Origin: Trypanosoma brucei
Taxonomy: Eukaryota
Direction of reading: 5' to 3'
DNA length: 64,000 nucleotides
Assembly (NCBI GenBank): GCA_000002445.1
Contig: CP000071.1
Location: forward strand, 1,984,001 to 2,048,000
The translations under genes were made by a program, and so were the position numbers. Positions 51,501-63,000 of this stretch are shown one piece after another; the first letter of the stretch is position 1; the number at the start of each line of letters is the position of its first letter. The notes under the pieces are model-generated. The model was given only the letters and a program-made list of their open reading frames with translations, did no database searches and was not told the DNA's origin.

Positions 51501-53164
51501 TCCAGGATGAGAAGGCACACCAAAAGCTGCTCGATGCACAAAAACAAATAGAGTCGCTACTTGCCACCTTGGAGGAGGAGAGGTATCATCATCAGGTGGA
51601 AGTAATGAAGTTAGAGGAGCAAGTGGAGGATCAAAAGTTACAAGAGGAAAAGGCGCAGAGAGCCGTTGATATTGCTAGTGCAAGCCAAAGTCGAGAGATC
51701 TGCATGCTCAGGGCGGAGACGGCGCGCCTGTCTGCACAGTTAGAGGAGGCCCAGAAGGAGAACGAACTAAACAGTGCTCTACGTGACACCATAAGGCAGT
51801 ATGAACGGACGCTCGCTTCGTTGGAGAAAGATGTAGTTGTACGTACAGGTGAATTCAGTGCCTCCCTGCAAACGCTGGCGGACTTGGACGGTTTTTCCAA
51901 TACACTGCTCCTACGCCACAAGCAAGATGTGGAGCAGTTGTTCGAGTTATCGAAAGTGGTGGGAGGAAGCGGTGGCGGATATCTTATAGAGTCAGCAAAG
52001 GCTGCGTCAGAAGGACAGCAGGCCGAGGAAGTAGACGCGAGTACTGCAGAGGGGACTGTGAAGAAGCAAGAGCAGCAAAACAGTGGGGAGCTGCAGCAGC
52101 GGCTGAGCGAATCGCAACAGCTTGTGGACTCGCTGCTCTCTACGCTGGAGAAGATCAACGAACAACACAAGAAGGAGGTGACTGAGCTGCAGCAGCACTT
52201 GAAGGAGCATCGGCGACGGGAGGAGAAAATGCAGAAAGCAGCCGCTGCCGCGCGTGCAAACTATGAGCGAGAAATGTGTGTGCTACGGGCGGAAGGAAAG
52301 CGACTCACTGCCCAGGTTGAGGAGCTCATGGCGAGTACCAGTACTGCTGAGCAGAAGCGGGAGTTAGTGGGGCTGGAAACACAGAAGCAACTGGAAGAGG
52401 CACACAACGAGGTGAAAGGGCTTAAAACGGAGCTGAAGACAATGGCGATGCATCATGCCATTGAGTGTGACCGCCTCCGCACAACGGTCGACGAGCAACG
52501 AACCACTATTGAATCACTAAAGAAGGGGATATGCGGTAGCCACAAGGATGGTACCGGCTATGGACTTGCAACCGGCGATTTGCTGCAGCTTATGGAGGAG
52601 ATGGTTGGCTTGGCCTGTGAGCATACGAACGAAAAGGCGCAGTTGTATTTAACGTGCTGCGCAGGGGAGTGGTTCAGGCAAGAGTGCATAGAGGGCGAGA
52701 GGAGGTACAGCAGGGGCGCATCGGAGTTACGTGAGTGCATGGAACTGTTGTTAACGACACTCGGCCGAACCAATGCCCAATACCAAAAGGAAAAAGATGA
52801 CAATGAAAAACAAATGGAGGCATTGCAGCAACTGATTCGGCAGCAGCAGCAGCAAAATGATGCCGAACAAGAAGCAGGGGCAGAGGAAGGGTGCAAACGG
52901 CCCACAGAGTGTCCGCTGCGTTCTTCTGCAGGCGCAGAGGGTGGAGTTACATCATCTCAGCCATGGCTTTGCTGTCGTTGCGATTCGCCACTGCAGCGTG
53001 AAAGGAGCAAAGCGGAGGTAGTTCAATCTATTGCCCGTTACTCCGATATGTTACAACAACAACACGACAAAAATCGCAGCCGGCTTGAGCAACTCAACAA
53101 ACTCGTGGCCCAGGTCGATGAGCTTATGGAGTATGGCCGCTCTCTTTCCCTCCCCGAGCAATAA
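48599..53164 (+). CDS. Large coiled-coil protein (1521 aa); hypothetical
   Basis: Heptad periodicity and E/Q/K/R/L richness run almost the whole length. The track start at 48584 is TTG. The first ATG is at 48599 (MEELVDVLKRAQ) and is preceded by a T10/A11 run and AG. Confidence 0.6.
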   Translation: MEELVDVLKRAQSAVLHAQYDLIQLRHLQDEGKEAIKTSADYVNNDALLHQLRAQSKQEDAVQHLERGVRLMRNLLKDPIQQKPNNNAVPQEAPQQQQQTERSEQELKINAVKQAMQRYIEGQRNLKQQWEWELHAKLTAKDDCIDEVRHNAADLVRRVTERRVLARALHKWRRRTASLVAGCERNIVAQELGRMRTTLAKSFAAARAVVVLRQRCFHRWHLQMMRSLMRKEQQKHEELSMKLQHAEEELQRQHDVLIEALDAKRPDAGLKLQRQQHEEILRLRSVVDGMVREFKERTDTYIRQQEELSQYYEERQAMLMEEVVIAEVRRQQQDEVLRCRVFETSKHKQWTEALCGLVADCVKEKALALYNEALAANNDSNQYCNELEALLLQQRHEVIESLKARVQELERRCAEAGELLDGCNNELHERNIVIRSLKETFSQRLLRVTTTQRMHGYWVLWQRHAEVRRQNRRLHDERIVAQQQRLVVMEEMDRRCIIQLEDSALKLVGSWRSCSQAEVLSEETLAELSETSTLCASLQEEVGQLRSYNAELLDTQNAQVSAWFASKLECLLEAEHARRMELRYSELRTRKALDRMTADHNTAVMRQKCAAMQVQLDNSLKQLHHVGALVAEYCARSAFNCWLLSTERRRHKRVADKTRSCITIGSVRSLDESTQHTISAPSKESGSLQMQPHHSGWDNASEVLLQRGQGVDQQSNVTNMERLRYSTTSGVSSSPTETCVRVGDVEQLMGVCHPPWTPLVAVSGDPHKSPGGIQLNSVMHFILAERDTVIEYTHNVASAVWSAAADAIVAQQCAHKAIVEELQQYQSFLEKRIAVSGAADAEAPYQQQEAADRIKFLQEQWEKSESNTNNLRLQLEQLQAQQEKERATQKRIESQLASVRESRDRYEKEVEVLQRRVGEQWEHNELVKEKLLASQQDIKSLQAKIEEEKNRYKEDVGALRRRIDEYKVQDEKAHQKLLDAQKQIESLLATLEEERYHHQVEVMKLEEQVEDQKLQEEKAQRAVDIASASQSREICMLRAETARLSAQLEEAQKENELNSALRDTIRQYERTLASLEKDVVVRTGEFSASLQTLADLDGFSNTLLLRHKQDVEQLFELSKVVGGSGGGYLIESAKAASEGQQAEEVDASTAEGTVKKQEQQNSGELQQRLSESQQLVDSLLSTLEKINEQHKKEVTELQQHLKEHRRREEKMQKAAAAARANYEREMCVLRAEGKRLTAQVEELMASTSTAEQKRELVGLETQKQLEEAHNEVKGLKTELKTMAMHHAIECDRLRTTVDEQRTTIESLKKGICGSHKDGTGYGLATGDLLQLMEEMVGLACEHTNEKAQLYLTCCAGEWFRQECIEGERRYSRGASELRECMELLLTTLGRTNAQYQKEKDDNEKQMEALQQLIRQQQQQNDAEQEAGAEEGCKRPTECPLRSSAGAEGGVTSSQPWLCCRCDSPLQRERSKAEVVQSIARYSDMLQQQHDKNRSRLEQLNKLVAQVDELMEYGRSLSLPEQ

Positions 53165-53963
53165 CCCTCCAGTTGACGGGAAAAGTCATTTTACGCACAT
53201 TCGGCACTCTTCTTTCTGTGCTTACTTCTGGATGCTGCTCTTCCTTTTTGTGAACATCACCCCCATCCCCGGGGTTGTTTCTCCGGCTTTTGGGCGCAAA
53301 GTGTTTTCAAAAGATGAGAGTTTTGGATTAGATACAACTTTGATAGAACCGTTACTTTTATGGGGAATGTTCATGTTGCTATAGTCACGGCGTGGGAACG
53401 TGTGATCTGTATTCTCCATTTATATATGACTCCTATACACTTCTTCATATATACCCCTTTCCCCATCCGTTATATACATACATCCGCATGTCAGTGACTG
53501 TTCGGCTTTGAAGCATGGCTTCGCTTCCATACACCACGGCCATCTACCGTGTGGCCCCGTGCAAGTTCATTCACTCTGCTTATTCTAAAAATGCTTAACC
53601 TTCGTCATTTTACTTATCGTTATTTTTTTTCTTCGTTTCTTTTTTTGTTGTTTCCTTGCATCCGACATTCTTGTAGGAAACACTGCTGCCAGGTACACTG
53701 TGCGGCAGGAAGGAATTGGGGTGTCACTGTACAGTGAAGACCATAACGCACCCAGGAAGCACGCGTACCACCTAGGGTGAGGTGTGAAGGATAGTTCAAT
53801 AGATCGAGAACACGAGGGAGTCAAGTACAGTCCCGCTTAAATTTACTAAAGTGTGGCTCGCACACAAGTTTATACTAGGCACACATAAATACTTATTGTT
53901 TATAAGGATTTCTCTCGCTCAAGCTGGGATTTACCCACGCACAACGATTGTTGCGGCACAGAG

Positions 53964-56594
53964 ATGGATGATGGACCTGACCCTCTCACCAAGGCGAAGT
54001 TGTACACAGCCATGTCGGACGAGGAATCGTGGGCGGAAATGGGCGTCGGCATTGTGTTTATTGTAATGCGCACCGTGGCCAACGAAGCAGAAGATAGCTA
54101 CGAAGGGGGATGTGGCGATAGGGCGGAGCAAACAGTTGGGTGTCTGGAAATGGTTGATATTGGTAACCCGCGAGAGCTGTTAATCAGTACGCCCATTAGC
54201 CTCGAGGATATCTACGTTGTTCAGCAGGAAACCATTCTCTTGTGGTCAGATGTGGCGCTTGGTCGCCTTCTCTCTTGCAGCTTCAACACAAAAGAGGGAT
54301 GCGATAAGATCTATTCGGAAATATTAGATTACCAGCGCTCACGTCGGCCTCCAACCGAAGTCGGGGGGATGAACAATGGTGGTGACGACGGAGGAGGTCT
54401 TGTAGTCGCTGGGAGTGAGGCTGAGGGCTACATTGATGGGTGTGGAGGACCTCTGGCACTCTGCAGAAACTGGTTGGTATGCCGTGAAAATCTTCCAACT
54501 ATTATTTCTGTGATGCAGACGAACCCACAGCGCTTCGGACTATTCGTTCGGAGTCATGAGACGTACATTAAGGAGTTGGTAGGCCTATTTGAATATTGCA
54601 AAGACGACAACGACCAGCGGGGCATGAACCTCATAGGGACAATCACAACTACACTCTTACATCAACCGTTCTGTACAGACGGGAAAATTATCTCACAATT
54701 TATTGACAGGGAGGTTATTGACAGGGTTCTCCATGTTGTGCAGTTTGCTATTGGAAGGTGTGATAGTCAATCGGGTTTCGTTGACATTGCCCAACGGCGT
54801 GCGACATTTCGTAATCCGCTTATGCTTCCAGAGAGCACTGTGTTGAAGATTCACGAACTGCATGCGTGTAGTTGCCTGAAAGACATGCTTCCAGTCTCCC
54901 TTGATGAGGCGGACGCCAGCCCTTCTTCTCTGCTCAACAATTACATAATGACTAACAAGGGCCAGCTGGTGGACGACATTTGTAGGTCGCGCCGCTTTCT
55001 ACCGGAAGCTTTTGGGCGTGCTTATGACGACGTTAAACTTGCCTTTGAAGTTGTCGCCTTTCTGCATGACATGTGCAGGACAGTGCGAATGGCTGCAATG
55101 CCTATGGAATACAAATTTTCCATATTCGAGTCTATAGTCACTTCCTCGCTCATGCCCTTTCTTCGTTTCGTTGTTTCTGAGGCGGTGGCCTTGTACGGTA
55201 CAACGACATGGGAAGAAAGGCAGCAACAGAGACCAATACCAGCTGACATATCACCAGGAATGGCGCTGTCGATGGTGTGTGATATCATTAGCAACTGCCT
55301 CATATTCTACCCTCCAGGTCGTGCCGCGCTCATCGAAGAAAGTCGCTCTGAGCCTGAAGGCTGCTTACTTGAGTTGTTGCTGCAATGTGTTGTGGTAAGC
55401 TGTAATAATGCTGAGTTGCAGGCGGCGGTGGACGTTGTGGTTTCTTGCGTCACTTGTGCGTATCCGCAATCGGCGGTTAACGTGACGATGAGCACATCGT
55501 CCAAGTGCGACATCATACGATTTTGGTTAGGGGGAGAAGATGGGAAACGTCGGGCGCCGCTACTATTGCTTACGGATTGGCTCATGGACGCCTTACACTC
55601 AATAGACCATGTGGCACGAGGTTCGCAACTGGAGGCACGCATCCTTCACATACTGCGAGTGTTGACAGCACTTGTTGGTGCCGTTGATGGCCCCCTCAGC
55701 CGCTCACTTGCCACCGTGCTACAGCGGTGCGGTCTCCTGCAACGTCTGAATGTCGCACTACAGTCTTCCGTCCGTTCGGCCGCCAACGTGCAGGCGTCTG
55801 TTGCGTCGTTTATTGCTTCGCTGTTGCAGTGTGGCAAACAGTGGATCGTTTCGTTGCTGTTGCTCGACGATGGTGGAGCGCTGCTTGACGCAATCATGGT
55901 TCGCTATTTAGCGTGCAGTCCTAGAAGTAACAGCGTTCTCAGTTCATCGCTTGCCCACATTATTGAATGCGTGTGCCGAGCAATACGTTCTGAAAAGGGG
56001 GACATGCTGCGCCACCCACCATTTCACGGAGGGGTCAATAATCCTTTCGTGCATTTGTTGGGATCCGGCGAAGATGGAAGTTTTCCCATTACTAATGTAA
56101 GTGAGGAGGTTTCTGACACTTACGCGAACAGCAAGAGTATCTGTCAAGACACTGGAAACCGATTGTGGCAAACATACGGCAAGCGCATGAGGCAGCGCTG
56201 CCCTGCTCTTGCAGCCCGTTTGGAGCACTCACTGCTGGAGACACCCGAAGAAGCCGCTTCTGTCGACGCCGATACCTCAAGTGTGGCGAGTACGCTGGAC
56301 CGTGGTCTTTGGGGTGGTAAGGACACCGAGTTTGAGTCGTTGATGGCTGAGTTTGGTGTTGATATTCCGCAGATGAGCCAACAGACGCCACCGGTGGTTT
56401 TTGGAGCGTTTGCCGACCAGTCTCCACCCGAGACTCATAGCACAGCTACTGCACAGCAAAATACGAGCAGAAATGGGTTTCAGTCAAATGACCGTTGTGA
56501 TCAAGAAAATGATAATGAAGAAGGTGACCCATCGAGTGAACCTCCCTCAAAACGGTCTCGATCTGAGTCACCATCTGCAACTGCCGTTGAATGA
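53964..56594 (+). CDS. Serine/threonine protein phosphatase 4 regulatory subunit 3 (SMEK/Psy2-family) homologue
   Basis: The N-terminal EVH1/RanBD-like domain aligns by eye with human SMEK1. YVVQQETILLWSD corresponds to YQKQQDTLIVWSE. LSCSFNTKEGCDKIYSEILDYQ corresponds to [21 protein letters not shown]. The following SMEK/DUF625-like block is FGLFVRSHETYIKELVGLFEYCKD. The rest is armadillo-like helical sequence. The C-terminal tail is acidic and S-rich. Confidence 0.65.
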   Translation: MDDGPDPLTKAKLYTAMSDEESWAEMGVGIVFIVMRTVANEAEDSYEGGCGDRAEQTVGCLEMVDIGNPRELLISTPISLEDIYVVQQETILLWSDVALGRLLSCSFNTKEGCDKIYSEILDYQRSRRPPTEVGGMNNGGDDGGGLVVAGSEAEGYIDGCGGPLALCRNWLVCRENLPTIISVMQTNPQRFGLFVRSHETYIKELVGLFEYCKDDNDQRGMNLIGTITTTLLHQPFCTDGKIISQFIDREVIDRVLHVVQFAIGRCDSQSGFVDIAQRRATFRNPLMLPESTVLKIHELHACSCLKDMLPVSLDEADASPSSLLNNYIMTNKGQLVDDICRSRRFLPEAFGRAYDDVKLAFEVVAFLHDMCRTVRMAAMPMEYKFSIFESIVTSSLMPFLRFVVSEAVALYGTTTWEERQQQRPIPADISPGMALSMVCDIISNCLIFYPPGRAALIEESRSEPEGCLLELLLQCVVVSCNNAELQAAVDVVVSCVTCAYPQSAVNVTMSTSSKCDIIRFWLGGEDGKRRAPLLLLTDWLMDALHSIDHVARGSQLEARILHILRVLTALVGAVDGPLSRSLATVLQRCGLLQRLNVALQSSVRSAANVQASVASFIASLLQCGKQWIVSLLLLDDGGALLDAIMVRYLACSPRSNSVLSSSLAHIIECVCRAIRSEKGDMLRHPPFHGGVNNPFVHLLGSGEDGSFPITNVSEEVSDTYANSKSICQDTGNRLWQTYGKRMRQRCPALAARLEHSLLETPEEAASVDADTSSVASTLDRGLWGGKDTEFESLMAEFGVDIPQMSQQTPPVVFGAFADQSPPETHSTATAQQNTSRNGFQSNDRCDQENDNEEGDPSSEPPSKRSRSESPSATAVE

Positions 56595-57099
56595 ACGTGT
56601 AAACACCTGATGACGTAGGGGGTGACGGTCCGTCTGCATATCTTTGGGGAAACCGTTTCGGGCTTTCCCAACCGCTTTAACAAGTAGTAGCACGCTGCGG
56701 GCTGAGACCGCTTCGTTAAGAAAATTAACCCAACTGGCACCTACTTGGGCCACGCAATGTACGTGCGAAGGTGTTCACCAGTGTTTTCTCGGTGCTTATC
56801 CCTTGCTTTCTTCTCTCTACGTGCTCGCCATTATTTCCGCACCTCTCTTAATATCGTCGGGAACGCGCGCGCAACCAAACACGCCAATGTATCTGTGTTA
56901 GTTCCGTGCTGCCACTTCAAATCGCACTGACTTGGGAGAGCGCAAAGTCTCACATACTCGGTGACCCTTAACGTAGACAAACTGTCGGGAGTCCGAGCTC
57001 GCAAAGTGGATTTCACACACAGGAGGGTGCCACGCCGAGACAGTGTACTTTGTAGGGAAGGGGTAGTCATTTAATTAATTAGGACCTTAAATATAGTAA

Positions 57100-60000
57100 A
57101 TGTCTCTCAGTAGTCCGGTAACGACCATGCGCCCACAGCTGCATGGTATGAAGGAACTTTGCAGGTTCCTTGGTGGGAAGAGGCCAATTGAGAGATTGCT
57201 TATCGCTAACAACGGATTGGCTGCAGTAAAGGGAATCGACTCTGTTCGCTCCTGGTTATACGTGCACACTGGCAATACAGAGGCGGTGGAGTTTACTGTG
57301 ATGGCGACGCCGGAGGACCTTCACGCGAATGCAGAGTTTATTTCTCTCTCAGACAGACACGTTGCAGTCCCTGGAGGCCCCAACAGAAACAACTACGCCA
57401 ACGTTGACATCATTATGCAGACAGCCGTACAGAACTCCTGCAATGCCATCTACCCGGGCTGGGGTCATGCCTCGGAGAATCCGGCGTTGCCCCGCGAATG
57501 TGTGAAAACTGGTGAGAGGGTTATATTTCTCGGCCCCTCTGCAAAAGCGATGTTTGCTTTGGGCGACAAAATTGCGTCGACCATTGTGGCGCAGTCGAAC
57601 GGCGTGCCAACAGTGCCCTGGAGTGGTGATGAGATCCTATTACCACCGGGTGTGTTTGAGGTGGATCCGTTGGTGTATGAAAAAGCGTATATAAGTACTG
57701 CAGAGGAATGTGAAGAACTGTGTGGCCGCCTTGGTTTCCCTGTCATGATTAAAGCCTCGGAGGGCGGTGGTGGCAAAGGTATTCGCCGCTGTCTCCGCAA
57801 GGAGGATGTGCGGGACATGTTTTTTGCCGTCGCAGAAGAGGTAAAGGGCTGCCATATTTTCGTCATGCGTATGTTAGAGAACGTGCGGCATCTCGAAGTT
57901 CAGTTGCTGGCAGATGACTACGGCGACTGTATTGCCGTGCACACACGTGACTGCTCGGTGCAGCGACGACACCAAAAGATCATTGAGGAGGGGCCTGTGT
58001 TTGGTGTGGATGCCTCAATTATCAACGACATGGAGGCAGCAGCCGTGCGTCTCGCCAAGGCTGTAAAATACCGCGGTCTTGGTACGGTGGAGTACATGTA
58101 CGACAAATCCACGCAGAAGTTTTTCTTCTTGGAGCTCAACCCGCGTATACAGGTTGAACACCCCGTTTCAGAGCTTGTGTCTGGTGTGAACCTTCCGGCT
58201 GCGCTGCTGTGTGTTGGCATGGGAGTTCCGCTTCACAGAATCCCGGAGGTACGAACTTTCTTCGGAGAGCAACCGTACGATACCTCGCCGATAGATTTCA
58301 CCCGGCGCCGCTGTCTTGCGGCGAAAGGTCACACCATCGCCGTACGCGTTACGGCAGAGGACACAGATGAAGGCTTCCGTCCAACGTCGGGCCGTGTGGA
58401 AGAGATTGCTTTCAAAAACAGCAAGGAATGCTGGGGTTATTTTTCCGTTGGTGCGGGTGGGGAGATACACCAGTTTGCAGATTCACAATTTGGACACATT
58501 TTTTCTTCTGCGGAAACGCGTGAGGAAGCGCGACGTGGGATGGTGATGGCCCTGCGTAACCTTGTTATTCGTGGTGAAATACATACGTCCGTGTCATACG
58601 TCTTGGGGCTTCTTGAGAGGCCCGAATTTTGCAACTGTGACGTCAGTACGGATTGGCTAGACCGCCTTATATCCGCGCGAATTCTGCAGAGTGCGCAGCA
58701 TAACCAGCAAGATGTATACATCGCTCTTACTGCAGCGTGCACACTGCGGATGCTATCGAAGCGAGATGAAAACCACGGCAGGTACGTTTCATTTCTCAGT
58801 GCGGGGCACGTTCCCACAACTGAATTCTTGAGCAACTACGAATCGGAGTCGTACGTCAATAGATCCACAAACTTTAACGTCACCATGGGTCTAACAAGCC
58901 CAACCGAGATATCTATTTCTCTTAACGGCAGTGTGATCTCTGTTCCGTTTCGTAAGTTGAAGTCTGGTGCGCTGCAGCTCCGTGTGGGAGGAAAAACAGC
59001 AATTGCGTACGCAGAGAAAGAACCATCAAGTCTGCGCATTTCTATTGGTGGAAAGGAAACAACATTCACAGGTGACATTGATCCGACTAAGTTGTTTGCT
59101 GCGGTTCCCGGTCGGTTTGTTCGGTACCTTGTGTGTGATGGGGGTCATGTGGAAGAAGGAACTATTGTGGCAGAGGTGGAAGTGATGAAGATGATTTTGC
59201 CACTGAGGGCGTCAACAGTGGGTGCGCTGCACCACAAAGTAGCCCCTGGTAGCACCATTGCCTTGGGTACGCTGGTTGCGGAAATAACCCCGGACGACCC
59301 AAGTAAGGTTGCACGACCGAGGGAAGCGACAGAGCCGTGGCCGCCAGAACTGCTTGATGCTGCAGATAAGGAAGACCAGATGGAGCGCCTCGACAGCTTA
59401 GCCCGAGCGCGGCGTGGAGCAGAGGCGTTGTGGAATATGTTACGTGGGTATCACTTTAGCGGTATCCCACTGGACCGACGGCTTAAGTCGGCTTTCTCAG
59501 ACCTTGGAGCGCTCAGCCTTTCCTCAGTGTCGCTCACTGCGCTTAACTTACCATTTATTTCGGAGAGGGTTGTCGGTTCTGACCACGCAACGCCGAACTA
59601 TAAACTCCGCGTCGTTTTGGAGACGCTCATTTCCGAGTATGTGGAGGTCGAGCGCTCATTTGTGAGGTGCAACCGGCAGGAAGCTATTCATCAAGTGCGT
59701 GAAACTACAGGAGATACGCGGAAGGTATTTGAGATTGACTTTGCTCATAATCAGCCCTCTCACCACGGTGTCATTAAGGCCGTGCTGAATACCTTGGAGA
59801 ACAATATGGTACTGTTAAAGTCTCTCATGCCCTCACTTTCCACCCTGGTAAATTTGCGCTCCACTGGCGATGGGACACTTCAGATGCAAGCTCGTTACTT
59901 ACTCCGACAGTGCAGTCTTCCTTCCTTCGTGGAGCGCAAGATCGCCTTCACAAGGGAACTAGAGGAGGGTTCCATGATGGACCTCATCCAGGGAAGCTAT

Positions 60001-63000
60001 GGTACTGATTTGCTTTGCGCTACTATGTTTGACCGGCAGGTGCCACACCTTATACAGTTGTGCCTCGAGTTCCATGTGCAGCGTGAGTACTTTGGTCAGA
60101 GTCGGATCACGAACCTTGACGTCTGTACGAGGGATGGATGCTGGTATTGCTATTATGAATATGAACCACTCGAAGAGCATGACCCGCTGCTGGCTGGTGT
60201 ACTTCACTGCCACGCCCCGGATGCAACGGCCGGTAGTGCTGAGAACCAGGGTGCCGGTGTTGTTCTGATGCTTCCCGACGTGAAGGTGCTTCAGAAAACG
60301 TGGGCGGAGACGCTCAACTTAAACTTGCAGCAGACGTCTCGGTGCCCTTCTGTGTGCACAGTCTTTGTTTCGGTCTGCAGGCAATTTACGGAAGAGGAGG
60401 TCGCGCGTTTGTGCGAGGGTGCGCTGAGGGACAATGCGGAAGCACTCAGGCAGCATGTGAAGCTGGAGCGCGTCACATTTATTGTGCATGGTGTTGACCG
60501 TGGCCCCCGTACATTCACTTATCGTAGTGCCCATGACTGGCGCGAGGACACACTGATCCGAAACGTGGCACCGCTCTCCGCACGCCGGTTAGAGCTGCAA
60601 CGTCTTGAAAACTATGATGTGGTTATGTACCCGACACCCTTCAAGGAGATTCACGTGTTCCACGCCACACCCAAAAAGAAAAGTGTTTCATTTCTTGAGC
60701 ACCGCATCTTTGCGCGCGCATGCGTGACTCCCCGCGACTTGGGTGTTGCACCATGGACAGTGATGAATGAAATTGACGCAGGGCATATGTTTGACATATG
60801 CCTCGATGCACTTGATGTCATACGTAGTGACAGCACTATCAAGTACCCGAAGCACAATCATCTTTTCATAAAAATGGTTGAACTAACTTTTGACCTGAGC
60901 AGCTTGAGAAAGGTGTTGTCGCAGGTGGGAAAATCGTACAAGTGGCGGACGATGCATCTTGGTGTGGCCGAAGTGGAGCTGTCCTTCCTTCTTCCCGTTT
61001 CCAGTGGATACGTTCCGTTCCGTGTCATCGTGTCATCTTCTTCGGGGGCCAGCGCGGCTATGCGCATCTACCACGAGTGGAATGAGGGTGGAAAGCCATG
61101 CCTACGTCGAGCGCAGAACTCTGAGGACATTCTCATGAACTCTCTTTACACGTCGTCTGACAGCGTGCAGGAACAGGCAGCTGACGCGCAAAAGGTAGAG
61201 CCCCCTTCAGGGTGCCCTGCCGGCGCCGTCGGGGGTACTTTAACTCGTGCCCTGGCAAAACTAGAAGCGCTGCGGAGCCTGCTTCCTTCACGGGGTGATG
61301 AAGGAGACGCGATTGATGACGGTGAAGAGTGCATTCCATTACAACCGTACCCATTGTTGAATGCAAAGCAGCTTAAACGGCTACAAGCCTGGATGATCCA
61401 CACGGTGTACGTGCACGATTGGCCAGAACTTCTTCAGTATGCTTTGCGTGAAGAATGGAAGCAGCATGCACGTGGCCGCAGATTTCCGCTCTCGCGTATT
61501 CCCCCTTCTGTTCTTAAGGCCACAGAACTCTATCTCGATCCAGCGGACAAGAAGACCCTTCTTGAAGAAAAACCACAGGGTCACGTTCCATGTGGAGTCA
61601 TCGTGTGGTTGGTTGACATAAACCCGCCTTCATATTATGACAGTGAATCTAACATTGCGGGAAGCCGTCGGTTTGTGATGGTTGCCAATGACATTACTTT
61701 TCAGTCGGGTTCCTTTGCTGTGCCAGAGGACGATGTCTTCTCCGCGGCCTCTGTTTTAGCCCGGCAGTTGCGCATCCCGTTTGTGTATATTAGTGCAAAC
61801 AGTGGTGCGCGTATCGGCCTAAGCGCCGAGGTGAAGAAAAGGTTCCGTGTTGCCTTTAACGATGCGGAGGAAGCGGAGTATTTATACCTCGTGCAATCTG
61901 ATTACGATGAACTGGTGAGCCGTGGCGTGCGGCTTGCGGTGGAGAAGTTGGAACCACGACAAGTGGAAGGTGACGAGGGGGGCGAAGTGAGGTATGTCAT
62001 ACGTGGTGTCGTTGGTGGGACAGAGGAGTACTTGGGTGTCGAAAACCTTCGTGGGTCGGGGCTCATTGCTGGCCACATGTCAAAGAACTACAGCAATGTA
62101 CCGACGATCAGCATTGTGACCGGCAGAAGTGTTGGAATTGGCGCGTACCTCAACCGTATCGGACGTCGAGTTATTCAGACCGGTGATGCCCCCCTCATAT
62201 TGACAGGCGCGGCTGCACTCAACAGACTTCTCGGAAAGGAGGTGTACAGTGACAACAGTCAACTTGGCGGGCGGCAAGTGATGGTTCCTAACGGTGTAAC
62301 ACACTGGTATGCGAAGAACAACCGCCTGGCAGCTGAGACACTCCTGCGCTGGCTCGATTATGTCCCACCCGTCGTACATCCACTGCGTTGTTCTCCACGT
62401 ATCCTTGCGCTGCGACAGCCAGATCCTATTGACCGAGACGTGACTTATGAACCCAGTGGTGTGGAGTCTTACGACCCACGGGGGTTGGTCCGAGGTGTGG
62501 GTGACAAATTGGGGCTGTTCGATCGCGATTCCTGGGTTGAGTCACTGGAAGGTTGGGCCAAGACCGTTGTTACGGGCCGAGCAACACTTGGTGGTATTCC
62601 ATGCGGTATTGTTCTCGTCGAAACGCGGCCAACGCGCAAATGCAAACCAGCAGACCCCGCGGACCCAACGTCGTCAGAGGCCTTTGTCGCACAGGCAGGG
62701 CAGGTTTGGTTCCCGGATTCAGCACGAAAGACGGCGGACGCGCTGGACGACTTCCACCGGGAGCGGCTGCCATGTTTCATCTTCGCGAACTGGCGAGGTT
62801 TTTCAGGTGGCATGCGGGACATGTTTGAAGAGGTGCTAAAGTTTGGCGCCTCCATCGTTGACAACCTCCGCGTGTACAACTGCCCGGTATTTATTTACAT
62901 CCCACCGCGCGGTGAGCTACGCGGTGGAGCTTGGGTTGTTGTCGATCCATCCATCAACCACTGTGGTGCAGTGGAGATGTACTGTGATGGTAGTGCCCGT

